Shown here piece by piece: positions 1 to 13,417 of a DNA stretch of 64,000 bases. Position 1 is the first letter of the stretch, and the number at the start of each line of letters is the position of its first letter. The DNA lies in NCBI GenBank assembly GCA_024679065.1, contig JAGIQG010000004.1, positions 54,436,001 to 54,500,000 on the forward strand, written 5' to 3'. Below the pieces are notes generated by a model. That model saw nothing but the letters and a program-made list of their open reading frames with translations, was not told the origin of the DNA and did no database searches. Source of the DNA: Sphyrna mokarran (lineage: Eukaryota). The translations under genes were made by a program, and so were the position numbers.

Positions 1-169
1 CTGATTTGGTGTATATATCTATAACTGCTGAGCTGTTTCTTTGTGAACTCAGAACTGCTCTGGCCATTCCATGTTGGGTGGAGGGAATTGTCCTTGTTCA
101 TAAGTCATTAAAGACCTTGCATTGGGTGCATGTGTCCAGTGCTGTTTGTGTAAAGAGCCAATTGAGTAC
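1..169 (+). repeat. Direct repeat copy 1 (homolog at 63832..64000)
   Basis: Ungapped manual alignment, about 19 mismatches in 169 nt. Confidence 0.9.
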
Positions 170-239
170 TTTAGATTGCTGTTACTCAGGGAATTCTAAT
201 AGATTCCTTAAGCATGATTTCTCCTGTGTACATCCAAGC

Positions 240-1060
240 TGACTTAGTCTGATTATACCATTACCTTCTAAACGCTGAGTTATTAAATCCTGATGAAGAA
301 CTCAAGCAATTTCCCTAGGACTAATGTTTGGGTCCCTGCCTGCAGTTCACTGTTTTCTCTCTATCTTCCTTTTTGAATATTGCGCTTATATTAGCTATCC
401 TCCAATCTGTAGGAACCAGTGCAGCGTCCAAAGAATTTTGGAAAATAACCACCAATGGATCTACTATTTCCATGGATAATTCCTTAAGCACACTGGGATC
501 AAGATCATCAGCCCGCGAATATTTATCCACCTTCAATCCCATCAATTTCTCCAAAGCCATTTCTCTACTATTGCTGATTTCCTTCAATTTCTGACTGAGA
601 GTTGTTTCTCTCAGAACTTCTGATACATTATTCATGTTTTCCTTTGGGGAGATTGAAGTAAAGTATGAATTTTATTCCTTGACCACTTCTTTGTTCCCAT
701 TATGAATTCTCCTGTTTCTGACTGTAAGGAGCCTACATTCGTTTTTACCAAACTTTTTCTCTCTACATATCTGTACAAATTTTTACAGTCAATTTTTATG
801 CTCCTCGCTAGCTTAGTTCCATTCTCTCTTTTCCCCTTGTTAATCAATCCTTGGTCCTCTTTTGCTGAATTTTAAACTGTGCCCAATCCACAGGCCTGTT
901 GCTTTTTCTTGCCAATTTGTATGTTTTTTTTTCTTGAATCTAATATTATCTCTAATTTTCTTTGCCAGGCATGATTTGGCTAGAGTTCCCTCACCACCTT
1001 TGCACCAGATGGAATAAATAGTTTCTGGGGTTCACCTATTTGTTTCTTAAATGCCTGCCA
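240..1060 (-). mobile_element. Old CR1 ORF2 fragment
   Basis: LKELSMEIVDPL, PTDWRIAN, GSLQSETGE. Confidence 0.8.
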
Positions 1061-1466
1061 TAGTCATTTCACTGTCTTTCCTTTCATTAATATTTCCCAA
1101 TCCATAATGGAATGCGACATACCAACGTAACAGAGTATCAACAAATGGGAGCAGAGTAGGACACATGGTACAAGGACAACATTTGATTCAATTGGAGTTT
1201 CCAAAGGAGAATTGGACAATTATCTTTCGAGAGAATATGTAGGGCTACGAGGAAAAGTGCATGAAGTGGGATTAGGAGAGTTGTTTTTGCAAACAGCTGG
1301 CATGGACATGACAGGCAAAAGGCCCTTTTTTGTGCTGCAAACATTTTATTATATGACTCTAAGTGAATTTTATCTGAATGCATGCAAGATTCATCTCAAC
1401 ATAGGTGAAGTGACCGCACAAGTAGAAACAAATTGATATTACACGATTGTCTTTACGGAAACATCG

Positions 1467-2850
1467 GCTGTAATTCTCCCATCACGGTCCACAACTTTTC
1501 TGTTGGGTCACAGTGAGAGATGCGTGTCATCGTCATTGAATAGGGATTTGCGCATGCGCCAAGAATGCATGCGCATCTCGTGGAGCTGGCGAACAGTTGC
1601 TGATTAGACCATGTTGCAAACTGGCAGGAAGTCAGGTAAGTAATTTAAATCTTTTTAAATTATGCTTAAATATGTTTATTAGTTCATTATCAGGTCCTTT
1701 CACGCCCTGATTGAATCTCCCACCCTGCCAGGAATATTTCTTTCAGGTGGGTTTCAGATCAGCTCCCACGCTCAGGAAACTAGCAGGAGACCTTGCTGGA
1801 ATGACGGGGCCTCCTGGGGCTCCCCAGTGGATGGTTGGCAGTGGGTGGTGCTGCCTGGGCATGGGCATACTGGCAGTGCCATCATGTTCCCCAGGGTGCA
1901 CATTGGCATTGCTAATTGGGCCTCGGGCAGTGCCAATAGGGAAGGGCTTATTGTGGGCAGGGCTCAGGGGTGATCGGTCAGGTTAGGTGTACCACTGCCA
2001 CTCTGCAGACAGTATTAGTCTGGGATGGAAGGAAGGCAGTGATTGGGGTGGGCTGGAGGGAGATCGTCTCCTGGGGGTGGATGGCCTGCCTACGGTGAGG
2101 GTCGGGCTGATGGGGTCTGCCAAGGTGAGAGGGCTGAGGGGGTGTTCTGTGCATCGACACACTCCAGGATGGGGACTGGGGGTGGGGTGGCAGGACTATG
2201 ATCGGGCTATGGGTGGCAAGAGGGGCAGTCCAGCAAATGGGGTGTCTGACAGATTGGGACAACTACGCATGTACAGAGTTCCAGAATGGTCAAACTTTGG
2301 CATGAATACCCCCCCCCCCCCCCCCCCGCCATTTCCAGGTTTTTAATGAGATTCATGACTGGTACTTCTGCAGTGCACAATGTGCGGAGATTTGGGTGAG
2401 AAGCTGAACTGATGAAAGAGTCGGCAGTTTTCCCACGGATTCAGTTTGGGAGAATCATTCCTATAGTTGCAAGTTGACCCAGGCCAGAAACATTCAGATT
2501 TCATATTGTGACAGAAAAGGAAAAAAGGAAAATGAGGTGAGGTGATGCCTTCCCACTGCCGTCCAGGTGCCCCTCTTCATTCCAGGTTGCCCGAATGTAG
2601 GAGCTGGCCTGAACCCCACCGGAATGAATTATTCCTGGCGGGATAATTAACATATTTAAAATATAATTTAAAAACGATTTAAATTACTTACCTGCCTTCC
2701 TTTCGGTTTCCTGCATGGTCTGATCAGCGACTGTTCGCTGGCTCTTGGAGATGTGCATGCTTTCCTGGCGTATGTGCAAATCCCTGTTCAATGACGATGA
2801 TATGCATCCTTCAACAGAAGAGTTGCAGGCCGTGATGGGCGAATTGCAGA
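1467..2850. mobile_element. Fold-back / MITE-like element with ~300-bp imperfect terminal inverted repeats
   Basis: 1467-1765 is the imperfect reverse complement of ~2600-2850 (ctgtaattctcccatcacgg / ccgtgatgggcgaattgcag). Confidence 0.6.
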
Positions 2851-5800
2851 CTTTGTTTCCGGATTAGTACAGTTGTGAGAAATCATTAGTTAAATTTTAT
2901 GAGAAATCATGTTGGCTCAGAAGCTGAAGATATAGAACCAGTCTGGAAGGAGCTCAGAAACAGCAATCTGTCACTGGTGTGAATAGATTATAGGCCTCCT
3001 GACAGTGCTTACACTGTAGGACAGAGTATACATCAACAAAAATTGAGGTTTGCAAGAAAGGTACTGCAATGATTATAGAACGTAGAACACTCCAGCACAA
3101 ACAGGTCTTTCGGCCCACGAGTTCTGCCGATCACGTCTATATCTACCAATCCGCATTCCTATCTAAAGATCACCTTAAGATCACCTTATGGGTGATCTTA
3201 ATCATCTCACAGTTTTATTAAACTAAATAGCCAATTGTAGTTTTAAGGTCAAGTTCATGAAGTGCATTTGTGATTGTTTCTGGGAACAATATATTCTTGG
3301 ACCAATCAATGTCTACACTATTTTAAAGCTGATGATAAGTGATGAGGTGGAATTTATTCTTGGCCTCGTGGTAAATATTTTCTAGGAAAGATGTTGTCCT
3401 AACATGTAGAGTTTTGAAATTGGCTTTAGATTCTGAAAATTTAGCCTGAAGCTAGTGTTTTAAACTAAATAAAAGCAATTATATAGATATGAAGATGAAG
3501 TCATGAGAGAACGATTTTAAAAGTTAAGCTGGTGAGCAAGCAAAACAGGCATTTAAGTAGATATTTCATAATTCTCATTAAATATGTATATATTTGTGTG
3601 GGGTTAGCTCATTCTCCTTATATCTGTGTGGGTTCCCTCTGGATGGCGAGATAAAACTAGAAGACACCATATAGTTTTGGCCTCCTTATTTAAAGAGGAT
3701 ATTCTTGCACTGGGCAAGTTTATTCTAGGGATGAATGGTTTGGCTTACAAAGTTTGAGCCAATTAAAGTGATTAATTAAAAACATGCAGTCTCGTTTCTT
3801 TAGGCATTGAATTAATGATTGTTAGAGTTATATTTTAAATTGTTTTTGCATCTAATTTCTATTTCCCTTTCTAATTTGCCAATTCTAATTCTCCATCTTT
3901 TTCAGTCCTTCATTAATTTCTCAATTTCTAAATGTCTTTGATTCACATACACTTTGCCCTGATAGGAACCAAAGCCTCAGAAGCCCTATTGCCTTTGTTC
4001 TGTTTTCAGTTCATATCTACAGCAATATACAAGGCAAAGCTATTCAGCCATTACCAATTACCATGTCAATAAAAGTGTACTTGCACTATGAACAATTATG
4101 AGGCCCAACTTGCTGTTGCGAGTTTAATGAGCAATTAATCTGCAAATGCAATAGCTTTATCAAAGAAAAGGACTGAAACTAGTGATTAATTGGTGCAAAA
4201 CCTCCACCACAGAATCTCATCCCAAGTACAAATGCACAATCTGTTTCTTGCCATTAGGGGTGGGGGCCTGTCCTGGGCTCAGTTGCAAGTCGTCTACTTC
4301 CACCAGAGGGTGCAAGTGTGCATGGACAGATCTCAGTTCTGTGGAAGAGAGATCTGTCAAGCACCCCCCACCGCCGCCGCCTCCCCCAACTCTAGATATT
4401 GCTGGCCTCCTTGGTGAATCGGCAAACACCATTGCCCAAATGAAGCTGACTAAAACACCACCCCCTGCCCTTCCTGCCCAACTGATTGTCTCCTGAGACC
4501 TCCGCCCTGGTCTAGCTGAACGCCGTTGCAGAGTGAGCAGCTTCCTCCCCAGCTGCTTGCTCTTGCCGAGTGCATTGTTCCCGTCCAGCGTTATCTCATT
4601 GCAGAGTGCGCAAATTGCCTTCCCCAACTCCCTTTCGGCCTTGGCCCAATCATGGCCCCCTTCCTATTCTATGCCCCACCTCCTCAAGCCCCGCCTCCTC
4701 GAAATATTGAAATTAGCCTCGTGCCCTTTTAAGGTGCAAGGCTGATTATGCTGGGCATCTGGGCCTGTTAAAATCGCGAATAGTGAGACATCGGGAAACT
4801 CAATCTTTCATCTCTTGCACAATCTTACCAATTCACCCTATCCCGTAATCAGCATGACAAGAAGATAAGATTGTTCCCCATGTGTTTACTATCCTTACCC
4901 TTCTAATGATTGAAATTTGTTGAGGGAGTCTTGCTGCATCTGGTATATGGTACACCCTGATGACGTTGTACATTGGTAGTGGAGAGATTGAAATCTAAGA
5001 TAGCGGTGGATAGAGAATTGATAAAGTATGATGTTTTGTCCCGGATTGTGTGGAGAGTTTGAGAGTTGCTGGAGTAACATTTATCCAAGTTCGTCCATCT
5101 CACTCCTGAGTTGTGATTAAATGATAGCAGGAAGGCTTTGAGGAGCCTGAAAGTAAGTTGCTCATTGCAAAATTCCCAGTTTCTATCCTATTCTTGTGAC
5201 CATAATATTATATGGTTCGTCCAATTAAGTTCTGGTCAATGATAACCCCTGGGTAATGTCTCTAAATGTCAAGGGGAAGTGGTTTGTTCTCACTTGTTCG
5301 ATATGTTCATCTTCTGACACTTCTGTGGTGAATGATAATTGCCATATATCACTGCAAACCTGAATACTTTCCAGGTCTTGCTGCATATGGACACAGACAA
5401 TGACAACCTCTCTAGGTATGGGGGAAGACACTAACGAGTCCAGAAAATACTGTTCTGGGTTTGGTAATCATACTGAAATTTGAATTTCAACATGGTAATC
5501 AGTCTTGCACCAATTTCCAGCACATGGCTGATTACGTTCAAAAATATTGCCTTGGAGACTTATGATCAGCCAGACACCAGTCAGAAGTCCCACTATAGAC
5601 TTCCCACTGATGTCTTCCTGCCTGGGCTACTCACGCTGTGCAACGATCTGGGAGAATTACCCCTGTGATGACTTAGACAATAGAACTGCTAGAATCATCA
5701 TGGACGCAGCAATTCTAGGAAAATGCACACTGTAATCTTTTTGAAGATAAATATAGCTTTGCCCATTCAATCCACATACTAAAAAAAATGTCTTGCTCTG

Positions 5801-7342
5801 TTCCCTACACTCAGAGATTTAGGACGCTGGCCCTTTTTGGTGTACTGCTTGTGGTGCTGTACTTCATTTTGCAATGGGGGCGGGGCTGAAGGAGACGGGG
5901 CCAGTAGGGTAGGGGTGGGAGGGGTGGGGTCAGACTTGGGGAATTGATGGGTGTAGCCTTCTGGAATTTCAAAATCAATATATTCCACCATTTATTGTGC
6001 ATTTCTTACAAACACATGATAATTTTGTGCTTGAACTCTATAGAAAGACCTTCGGTCTACTGGTATTCGCAATCTTACTTTTTTGCAGCCTAAACCTTAC
6101 TGGACTCAGCCAACTGACACACGTTACAACATCACAGTGAAAACTACACAATCCTGAATCACAGGCAGATGGACATCAGCCAGAATACCTGTACCATCTC
6201 ATTTTTCCTGTTGGACCTCTAGGATTTGTCTCTGTCTGAGCTACGTTCCCTTGGAGTGACAAGGAATCAATTTCTTCTAGATTACAGTGGGCACTGCCTG
6301 TATTGTTCTCTCCAGCTCATTCCATCTCATCAAGTACAGATTTGATACAAACATATGGGTCGCATATTTCATTTTCCAAGTTAATTTTGAATACTATATT
6401 ACATTAAATGTAATTGAAAATAATTTATTGGATCAGCCTCTGGTCTAAATTTCTGTAGCACTCGGGGCGAATGGGAACAAAGTTATGGGGAAAAACAGGA
6501 TTAGGCTATTGAGTTGGATGATCAGCCATGATCGCAGTGAATGGCGGAGCAGACTTGAAGGGTCAAATGACTTCCTCTTGCTCCTGTCTTCCATGTTTCT
6601 GTGTATTCTAGTGATCTATCCTCCATAACAGTAGAACCTGTGTCCCTGTGCAGATTAGCATGTCTGTCTCTCTAATGGAAATGAGTTATCTTAAAGAATA
6701 ATTTTGGAAGCAGCTTCAGTGCATTTTATGAAGTTTGGGGCGCAGAGGCTTTCCTCATCCCTCTATATCCTGTGACCGAAAAGACCGTGATTCAGGTAGT
6801 ATTTATTGCGAATGGTTGCTTCACCTCAGCCAGTCACTCGGTGACAATGGACTTTGAAAGACAGCTTTTAAATTTGTTACACAATAGAAATTAATACTCA
6901 TTTTTACAAATTGAACGGATTGACACTTGAAGTCCAAGCCACTCCTCGTGAAATTGTATGATACAAACCATGCACACTGCATTTTAAGAACGATCACAAG
7001 TTGACATTACAAAATATCGATGCCAATTAGTTGCTAATATCACAAGAAAATCATCACGCACATTTGAAATCCGGAAGATTTTCAACTTGTCGACAACCTC
7101 AAACTGGTTTTGGAAATCTTACCCTGGTCACCGAAAGCACCCGAATTGGTTTGGTTCTATAATAGTCCAGCGAAGAATTCTGCCAGTTGTGATGTTCTAG
7201 ATAGTTAGTTAGCCTGGCTGCAATCAGTGTCAACAGTAATGGACGCATTTTAAGGTTTATAATAGAATAGTCTGACCTGCACTCATAAATATCTCACATC
7301 TGCAAACAGTATTTAGATTTTCAGCTTCTTTCTTTATCACGT

Positions 7343-7420
7343 TCACTTCAGCATACAATGCGCGTTTGTTTTGTTTAAGTTTTGATAAGTCAGCTTGTTA
7401 TCACCATCTCTTTGTTTAGT
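7343..7420 (-). pseudogene. Paralog B terminal ITIM exon, frameshifted (TKQRDGDNKLTYQNLNKTNAHCMLK*)
   Basis: Acceptor ttttcccAG. Homolog of 23761..23904 with a ~34-nt deletion after LTY; the ancestral LYAEVNV is now out of frame. Confidence 0.8.
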
Positions 7421-7982
7421 CTGGGAAAATTACATTCAATATCACATAAATACATCGTCCAATCATTATTGAGGCAGTTGACATTTTAACGAAAGTCTTA
7501 TGGAATTTCCTTTCATTAGTTCCAATTTCAGATTTTATTCGGATTTTGGACCAGCTTCCTTTCCCTTCTCTGCAGTCCTCCCCCAAATCTTGTTGAAATT
7601 CCGTTTGAACTTTCATGTGAAATGAATTCGTCTGTTAATATAGCTCATTGAAGAAAACAGATTAATTATTTGACCAAAAATGAAAAAGTAACTCCGTGCT
7701 GCTCTGTTAAGGCTGTTGGGAAAGTTGATAGTACACAAGATTAATTTAAGGCCCAATTGTCTGAATATCGATAGCCGCAGTGCCTTGCTTATCCCACGAG
7801 GTAAGGCTCTTGGTCACATTTTTCAATCGCCTTACCTCCCGATCTCTGGGGCATGAGGCAAAAATGACGAACTTGTTTGAAATCAGTCGACAGAGCACAG
7901 TTGGCAGATTAAGCAAGGGACCTTCCCATTTCCTACATTTCAGTGTCGTATCACATAATATTGATGCCATTACAGTAAATGA

Positions 7983-8093
7983 TTAAAGACCGATCTTGGA
8001 ATATACGATACTTTCCTCCTTCTGCCTGGGGTTCGCCTTTTCCCTGATCTCAGTTTTGATTTTGACATAGCTGGCTGTTGTTGGTGCCGTGTT
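7983..8093 (-). other. Paralog B alternative terminal exon with two Tyr motifs (NTAPTTASYVKI...EESIVYSKIGL*); acceptor apparently CAG->CAA
   Basis: Open frame containing ASYVKI and IVYSKI, with the Tyr residues 22 aa apart. Preceded in phase 0 by atctattttacAA. Confidence 0.6.
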
Positions 8094-8399
8094 TTGTAAA
8101 ATAGATATTTTCCACATGTAGTTGGTGAATTTCTTGTTTCGTAGTTTGGGACAAGCATTATTCCAGTCAGAGCCGAAAAAGAAACGTGGATAATATTGAC
8201 TCTGATTTTTGTGCAAAACCGACTACAAACCCGCAGCCCGATTTGCATCTCTCCAGATTGCTATTTCAAACCAAGTCAGTAAGCCAAATGCCAATTCATA
8301 AGGACTTGTTGAAATCTGTCCCATAAAGATAAAACTTGCTCCAATCCGCTCAGATTCTGAACAATTAATCAATATTGACTTTGTCATGTATGGTCATAT

Positions 8400-8682
8400 C
8401 GTAGAATCCATACAGTGCCATTCGGCCTACAGAGCCTGCACCCATCACAATCCCACCCAGGTTCTATTCCCTTAAATCCAACTAATCCCCGCTAATCCCC
8501 TGAAATTAGGGAGTAATTCGCTTAATCTGCACATCTCTGGAGTGTAGGAGGAATCCAGAGTACCCGGAAAAAACCCACGCCAACATGGGGAGAATATGAA
8601 TGTACAAACTCCACATAGGCAGTTACCCGAGGCTGCAATTGAACGCGGGTACCTGGCTCGTGAGGTAGCGGTGCTAACCACC
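8400..8682 (-). mobile_element. V-SINE
   Basis: Reverse-complement V core and tRNA-like head ending at ~8680. Confidence 0.75.
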
Positions 8683-8815
8683 TATTCTGAGTATCTTTCA
8701 CCTCAATCTCTCAATCCTACCTGAGAATAGATGGTGTGCTCTTTCTTGTGTCTTGCGTTGGAGGGTTCTTTTTCTTCCCTCAGGCTCAGAGTAGCGTAGG
8801 CGGCAATGTTCTCAC

Positions 8816-8830
8816 CTGGCCTTGTCTAGC
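8816..8830 (-). other. Paralog B candidate 15-nt micro-exon (ARQGQ), phase 0-0
   Basis: ccttatttttacAG|GCTAGACAAGGCCAG|GTGAG, with strong splice sites on both sides. Confidence 0.55.
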
Positions 8831-10443
8831 CTGTAAAAATAAGGCACAAAATATCGAAAGCGGCGAGTCTGTTCTTATAGCTAGCTACTGTCAATTCTAA
8901 TTAATTCTTCCAATGCAGACAGTAAACGGTAAAACTATGTTGCAAGTGTACTCTTTCCCTCTTCGACTGTTGTCGAACCAATACAGTGGAGAGTATTTGT
9001 TTAATCAGTTAAAAGGATATTGGCTTCGCTAGTTAAGCTAAAATATGTTGACAGTCAATAATTGCCCTTGAACCGCTCCAGTTGGTGTGGGGTACGTGCG
9101 CCCCTGGTGTTTTTAGGGAAGTACTTCTAGGGTTACGACTTAGCGACAGTGAAGGAACTGTAATACTTTTCCAAGCCAGAGTTTCACTGGTTTAGAGGAA
9201 AACTTCAACGTGGTGTTCCTATATATCTGGCAGCTTTGAGATAGGGCGAGTTGGTGCTGCTGGAGAGCCAGATCAGTCGGAAAGAAAAGCAGAACTTCTT
9301 CAAATAGGCATTCCTGGAAGATAAGTGTCAGTGAAGTAAACATTAAGATAAAAGCAAATATTGCAATGTTGGAATCTGAAACAAAATCAGAAAACACTGG
9401 AAAATCTTAGTAGGTCTGATAGCATCTGAGGAGATTGACTAGACCATTGGCTGTATTCTGTTTCCACTGATGCTGTCAGACCTGCTGGATTTCCAGGATT
9501 TTCTGTTTTTGTCTCAGATTCCAGCATCCATAGTATTTTACTTTTAGCTTTTCGGCCTTATATACGCTGCCATTGTCCTTTTAGATGACAATGTTCTGAG
9601 TTTAGAAGGTGCTGTCTAAGAAGCCCTAATGAGTTCCGACAATGTATCTTGCAGATAGTATACAGTGGTGCCACTGTGTATGGTGGTGGAGGAAGTTTTC
9701 TTTGTGAGTGGGTTGCCAATCAAACGCCCGGCTTATCCTGAATGGTGTCGAGCTTCGTGTTGTGGCACTGCCTTATCCAGGCAAGTGGCAAGTATTCCAT
9801 CACACTCCTCACTTGTGCCTTGTAGATTGTGCACTTGCTTTGGGGAGTCAGTAGGTGAGATACTCGCTGCTAGATTCTTAGCCTCTGACCTGCTGTCATA
9901 GCTGCAACGTTTATGTAAAAATATAAGAAATATAAGAATATAACAATTTGGAACAGGAATAGGCAATTTAGCACCTCAAGCCTGCTCTGCCATTCAATAT
10001 GATCATGGCTGATCTCATTTCAGCCTCATCTGCACCTTCTTACCCATTCTCCAAAACCATTCACCGGAGGGAGCAAACCATGTGACACACTACTAGTTAC
10101 AGCTTGCCAAACAGAAAAAGACCCATTGTTCTCACTCTCTGTTTTCTGTTGGTTAATGAATCCTCTATCCAAAATAATATATTACCACTTACCCCATTTT
10201 ACCGTCGTTATTAACCTTCTGTGAGGCATCTTATCAAATGCATTCTGAAAGTCCAGATATACTATGCCTATAGAATCTCCTGTAACAATTTCCACTTGTT
10301 ACATCTTTGAAGAGTTAGGTAAACATGATTTACATTTCTTAAAAACATGCTGACTCTGGTAGATTTGTGTTTTGATTTTCCAAATGTCCCTTTACTACTT
10401 CCTTAATAATGTATTCAAGCAATTTTCCAATGACAGACGTTAT

Positions 10444-11464
10444 TGACGAGTGACGAGTGACGGGTGACGAGTGGTGTGCCTCAGGGGTCTGTTTTGGGGC
10501 CCCTGCTGTTTGTAATTTTTATAAATGATCTGGATGAGGGTATTGAGGGATGGATCAGTAAATTTGCAGATGATACTAAAGTTGGTGGTGTGGTAGATAG
10601 TGAAGAGGGGTGTTTTAGTTTACAGAGTGACTTGGACAAGTTGCAGAGCTGGGCCGAGAGGTGGCAAATGGAGTTTAATGTGGAAAAGTGTGAGGTAATG
10701 CACTTTGGCAGGAACAATAAATGTGTAGAGTATAGGGCTAATGGTAGGGCTCTTAATAGTGTTGAGGAACAGAAGGATCTTGGTGTATGTGTCAATAGAT
10801 CCCTGAAAGTAGGCAGTCAAGTGGATAAAGTTGTTAAGAAGGCATATGGAGTCTTAGCTTTTATTGGTAGGGGGATTGAATTTAGGAGCCGCAGCATCAT
10901 GTTGCAACTGTACAAAACTCTAGTGCGGCCGCACTTGGAGTATTGTGTGCAGTTCTGGTCCCCACATTATAAGAAAGATGTGGAGGCATTGGAGAGGGTA
11001 CAGAGGAGGTTTACCAGGATGTTGCCTGGTATGGAGGGCAGGTCCTATGAAGAGAGGTTGAAGGATTTGAGGTTGTTTTCGTTAGAAAGGAGGCGGCTAA
11101 GAGGGGATCTTATTGAAGCATATAAGATGATTAGAGGTTTAGATAGGGTGGACAGTGATAGCCTTTTTCCTAGGATGGAGAAAGCTAGCACGAGGGGACA
11201 CAGCTTTAAATTAAGGGGTATGAGTTATAGGACGGATATCAGAGGTAGGTTCTTTACTCAAAGAGTGATTAGGGAGTGGAATGCCCTGCCTGCAGCTGTT
11301 GTAGATGCGCCAAGTTTGGTGGCGTTTAAGAGGTTAATTGATAAGTATATGGAAGAGAAGGGAATGGTTTAGTTTGGAGGGGCATTGCTTTTTATTTTGG
11401 TCGGCACAACATCGAAGGCCGAAGGGCCTGTTCTGTGCTGTATTGTTCTATGTTCTATGTTCTA
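10444..11464 (+). mobile_element. Young 5'-truncated CR1 LINE (open RT C-terminal ORF 10464..11372) nested in an older antisense CR1
   Basis: SGVPQGSVLGP, KFADD, RPHLEYCVQFW; short 3' UTR ending in (ttctatg)n. Confidence 0.95.
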
Positions 11465-13373
11465 AACTAACTGACTTAGTTTTCTACCGTTTATATTTCT
11501 ACATTTTTGAACAGACGTGTTACTTTAGCCATTTCCCAATCCCCTACAATCCCTACGTTGGAGAAGAAGGTCATTTGGTCCATCGATTTTGCGCCAAGTT
11601 TCTGACAGGGCATCTTATTCTGGCCCACCCCTATTCCTATTCCTGTAACCCTATGCATTTACCAAGCTAATCCCCTAACATACACGTTCTAGGACACTTA
11701 GGGACAATGTAGCATGGCCCATTCACCTAATCTACTGGAACTTTTCCAGAATCCAGGAATTTTGGGATTTCAAACCAATGCTTCCATTATCTCTGCTGTC
11801 ACTCTCTTTAAGATGTAAGTCATCATACCCTGGAGAATTGTCTGCCTTTAATCACAATAGTTCGCTCAGCACTTTTTCTCTAGTGAAGGCGATTATTTTA
11901 AATTCCTCCTTTTGAACCATCACTGCATTACTTGTTAATACTGATATGGCTCTAGCCTCCTCCAGTGTGAAAACCGGGACAACATATTGATTTAGTGCTA
12001 CCACCGTTTCCGTGTTCTCCGTTATTAATTCCCCAGTCTCGTCCTCTAAGGAATCAATGTTGTCTTTAGCTATTCTCTTCCTTTTTATGTAGTTAAGGAA
12101 TCTTTTCCTCTCTGTTTTATATTGGCACTGGATTTGCTGCCACGCAGACATATGGCTGATTTGGTTCAGTTTCTGGCTAATGTTCTAAATTTGAAACCGA
12201 GAGTGCTTCATAAATTTACCCGCATTTAAAATTGTCACTATTTGGAACACCGCTCATAATTATATAATTAATAATACACATTTTTAATTTCCTACTTACC
12301 TCCAACCGCCGCCCTCCCCAACCTTATTGGAGAACCATTGTCTTCTTATTGCAACCTATTGGAAGACTTGACTGCGATGCCTGAGTTTGTCTTCCTTTTA
12401 CTTCCAGAAATTTCCACTCTAGGGTGGAAATCAACAGCCTGGACTCTAGCAAATCCTCGCTCTTAGCGTCACTCCTCTCCCTCCGCCTCCCCTACCTTGA
12501 CTTCCATGCGCCATTGTGCGCTCTGGAGAGATTTCAGGCCAATTATGATACCAGTAGCAGTGTTCCAGCCTGGCTTAGCCAATACACCAAAATTTGGGAC
12601 CTTCCTTGTCTGTCTATCTGTGCGAATACTGTCTATTTTAAGCAGCTGGACATCTGGAAATATCCTTATTTTGAAATAAATTTAAATTTCTAAGGGGAAA
12701 TCAACAGTATATAATTGTTGTGAAGGTAAATAGTTATCAGGTGCTTAACATAAAAAAAGTTAGAAACAAGCAATACTTTCAAAGTAGGCAGGCCTCAACT
12801 GGAAATCGTGTACCATTCCGTCCGGGACCTGCAATTTGGGAAAGATGTTAAGGTTTGGAGAGGAGATTTACTGGAACGTTCAGTGATGTGAGGGAGACGA
12901 AAGAATGTATCATTGTTCTCCTTACAACAGGGAAAGAATTCTCAGAGGTTTAATTTGAGCAAACGAGGCAACACTGTTACTCTTGGTAGTTTTGCTTGCT
13001 AACCAGGGGATTCGGATTTTGAAAATTGGGGAAGATAAATTTTTCTGCAACTTGGTATTGTAATCTGTAATGGCCGGATTGTCTGAGTGGCGGAAGCATG
13101 TTGAATGGCAAAAATCAGAAAGGAAATTGGAGAAACGTTTTTAAAAAATGTCGGCTGTAGGTAAAGCGTATGAGAGCGGAACTCGCTGGACACTTATTCC
13201 AAAGAGGGGGCACAGCTACTTTCTTTCCATACTATAAAATTTTATGGTTATTTCATAACCATTTGGTATCTTCCCGGCTGAATATAGAATTTTCTTCTCC
13301 CCGTCGCCCTCCATTCATGTCCACCTCCTCACGCTACGTTTTTGTAATATAAAATAAGGCATTGCCACTCTAC

Positions 13374-13417
13374 CTGTTCTTCTCTCTGAGCTGCTTCTCG
13401 GGAATTTCTATTATCGT
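13374..13417 (-). other. Paralog B 44-nt cytoplasmic exon (DDNRNSREAAQREEQ), splice sites intact
   Basis: Acceptor ttctttctcttttAG, donor CAG|GTAGAG. Same length and phases as gene A exon 5. Confidence 0.78.

Noticed and set aside
1711-2346. Gly/Pro-rich ORFs
   Set aside because: Low-complexity G-rich interior of a fold-back repeat.
4182-4790. Overlapping GC-rich ORFs, possible Myb/SANT (Harbinger) remnant
   Set aside because: Only a faint WEE..RRS..Q-like trace, too degraded to call.
7416-7616. 66-aa ORF as a cytoplasmic exon
   Set aside because: It lies in the intron before the terminal exon, and the homologous region in gene A is not open.
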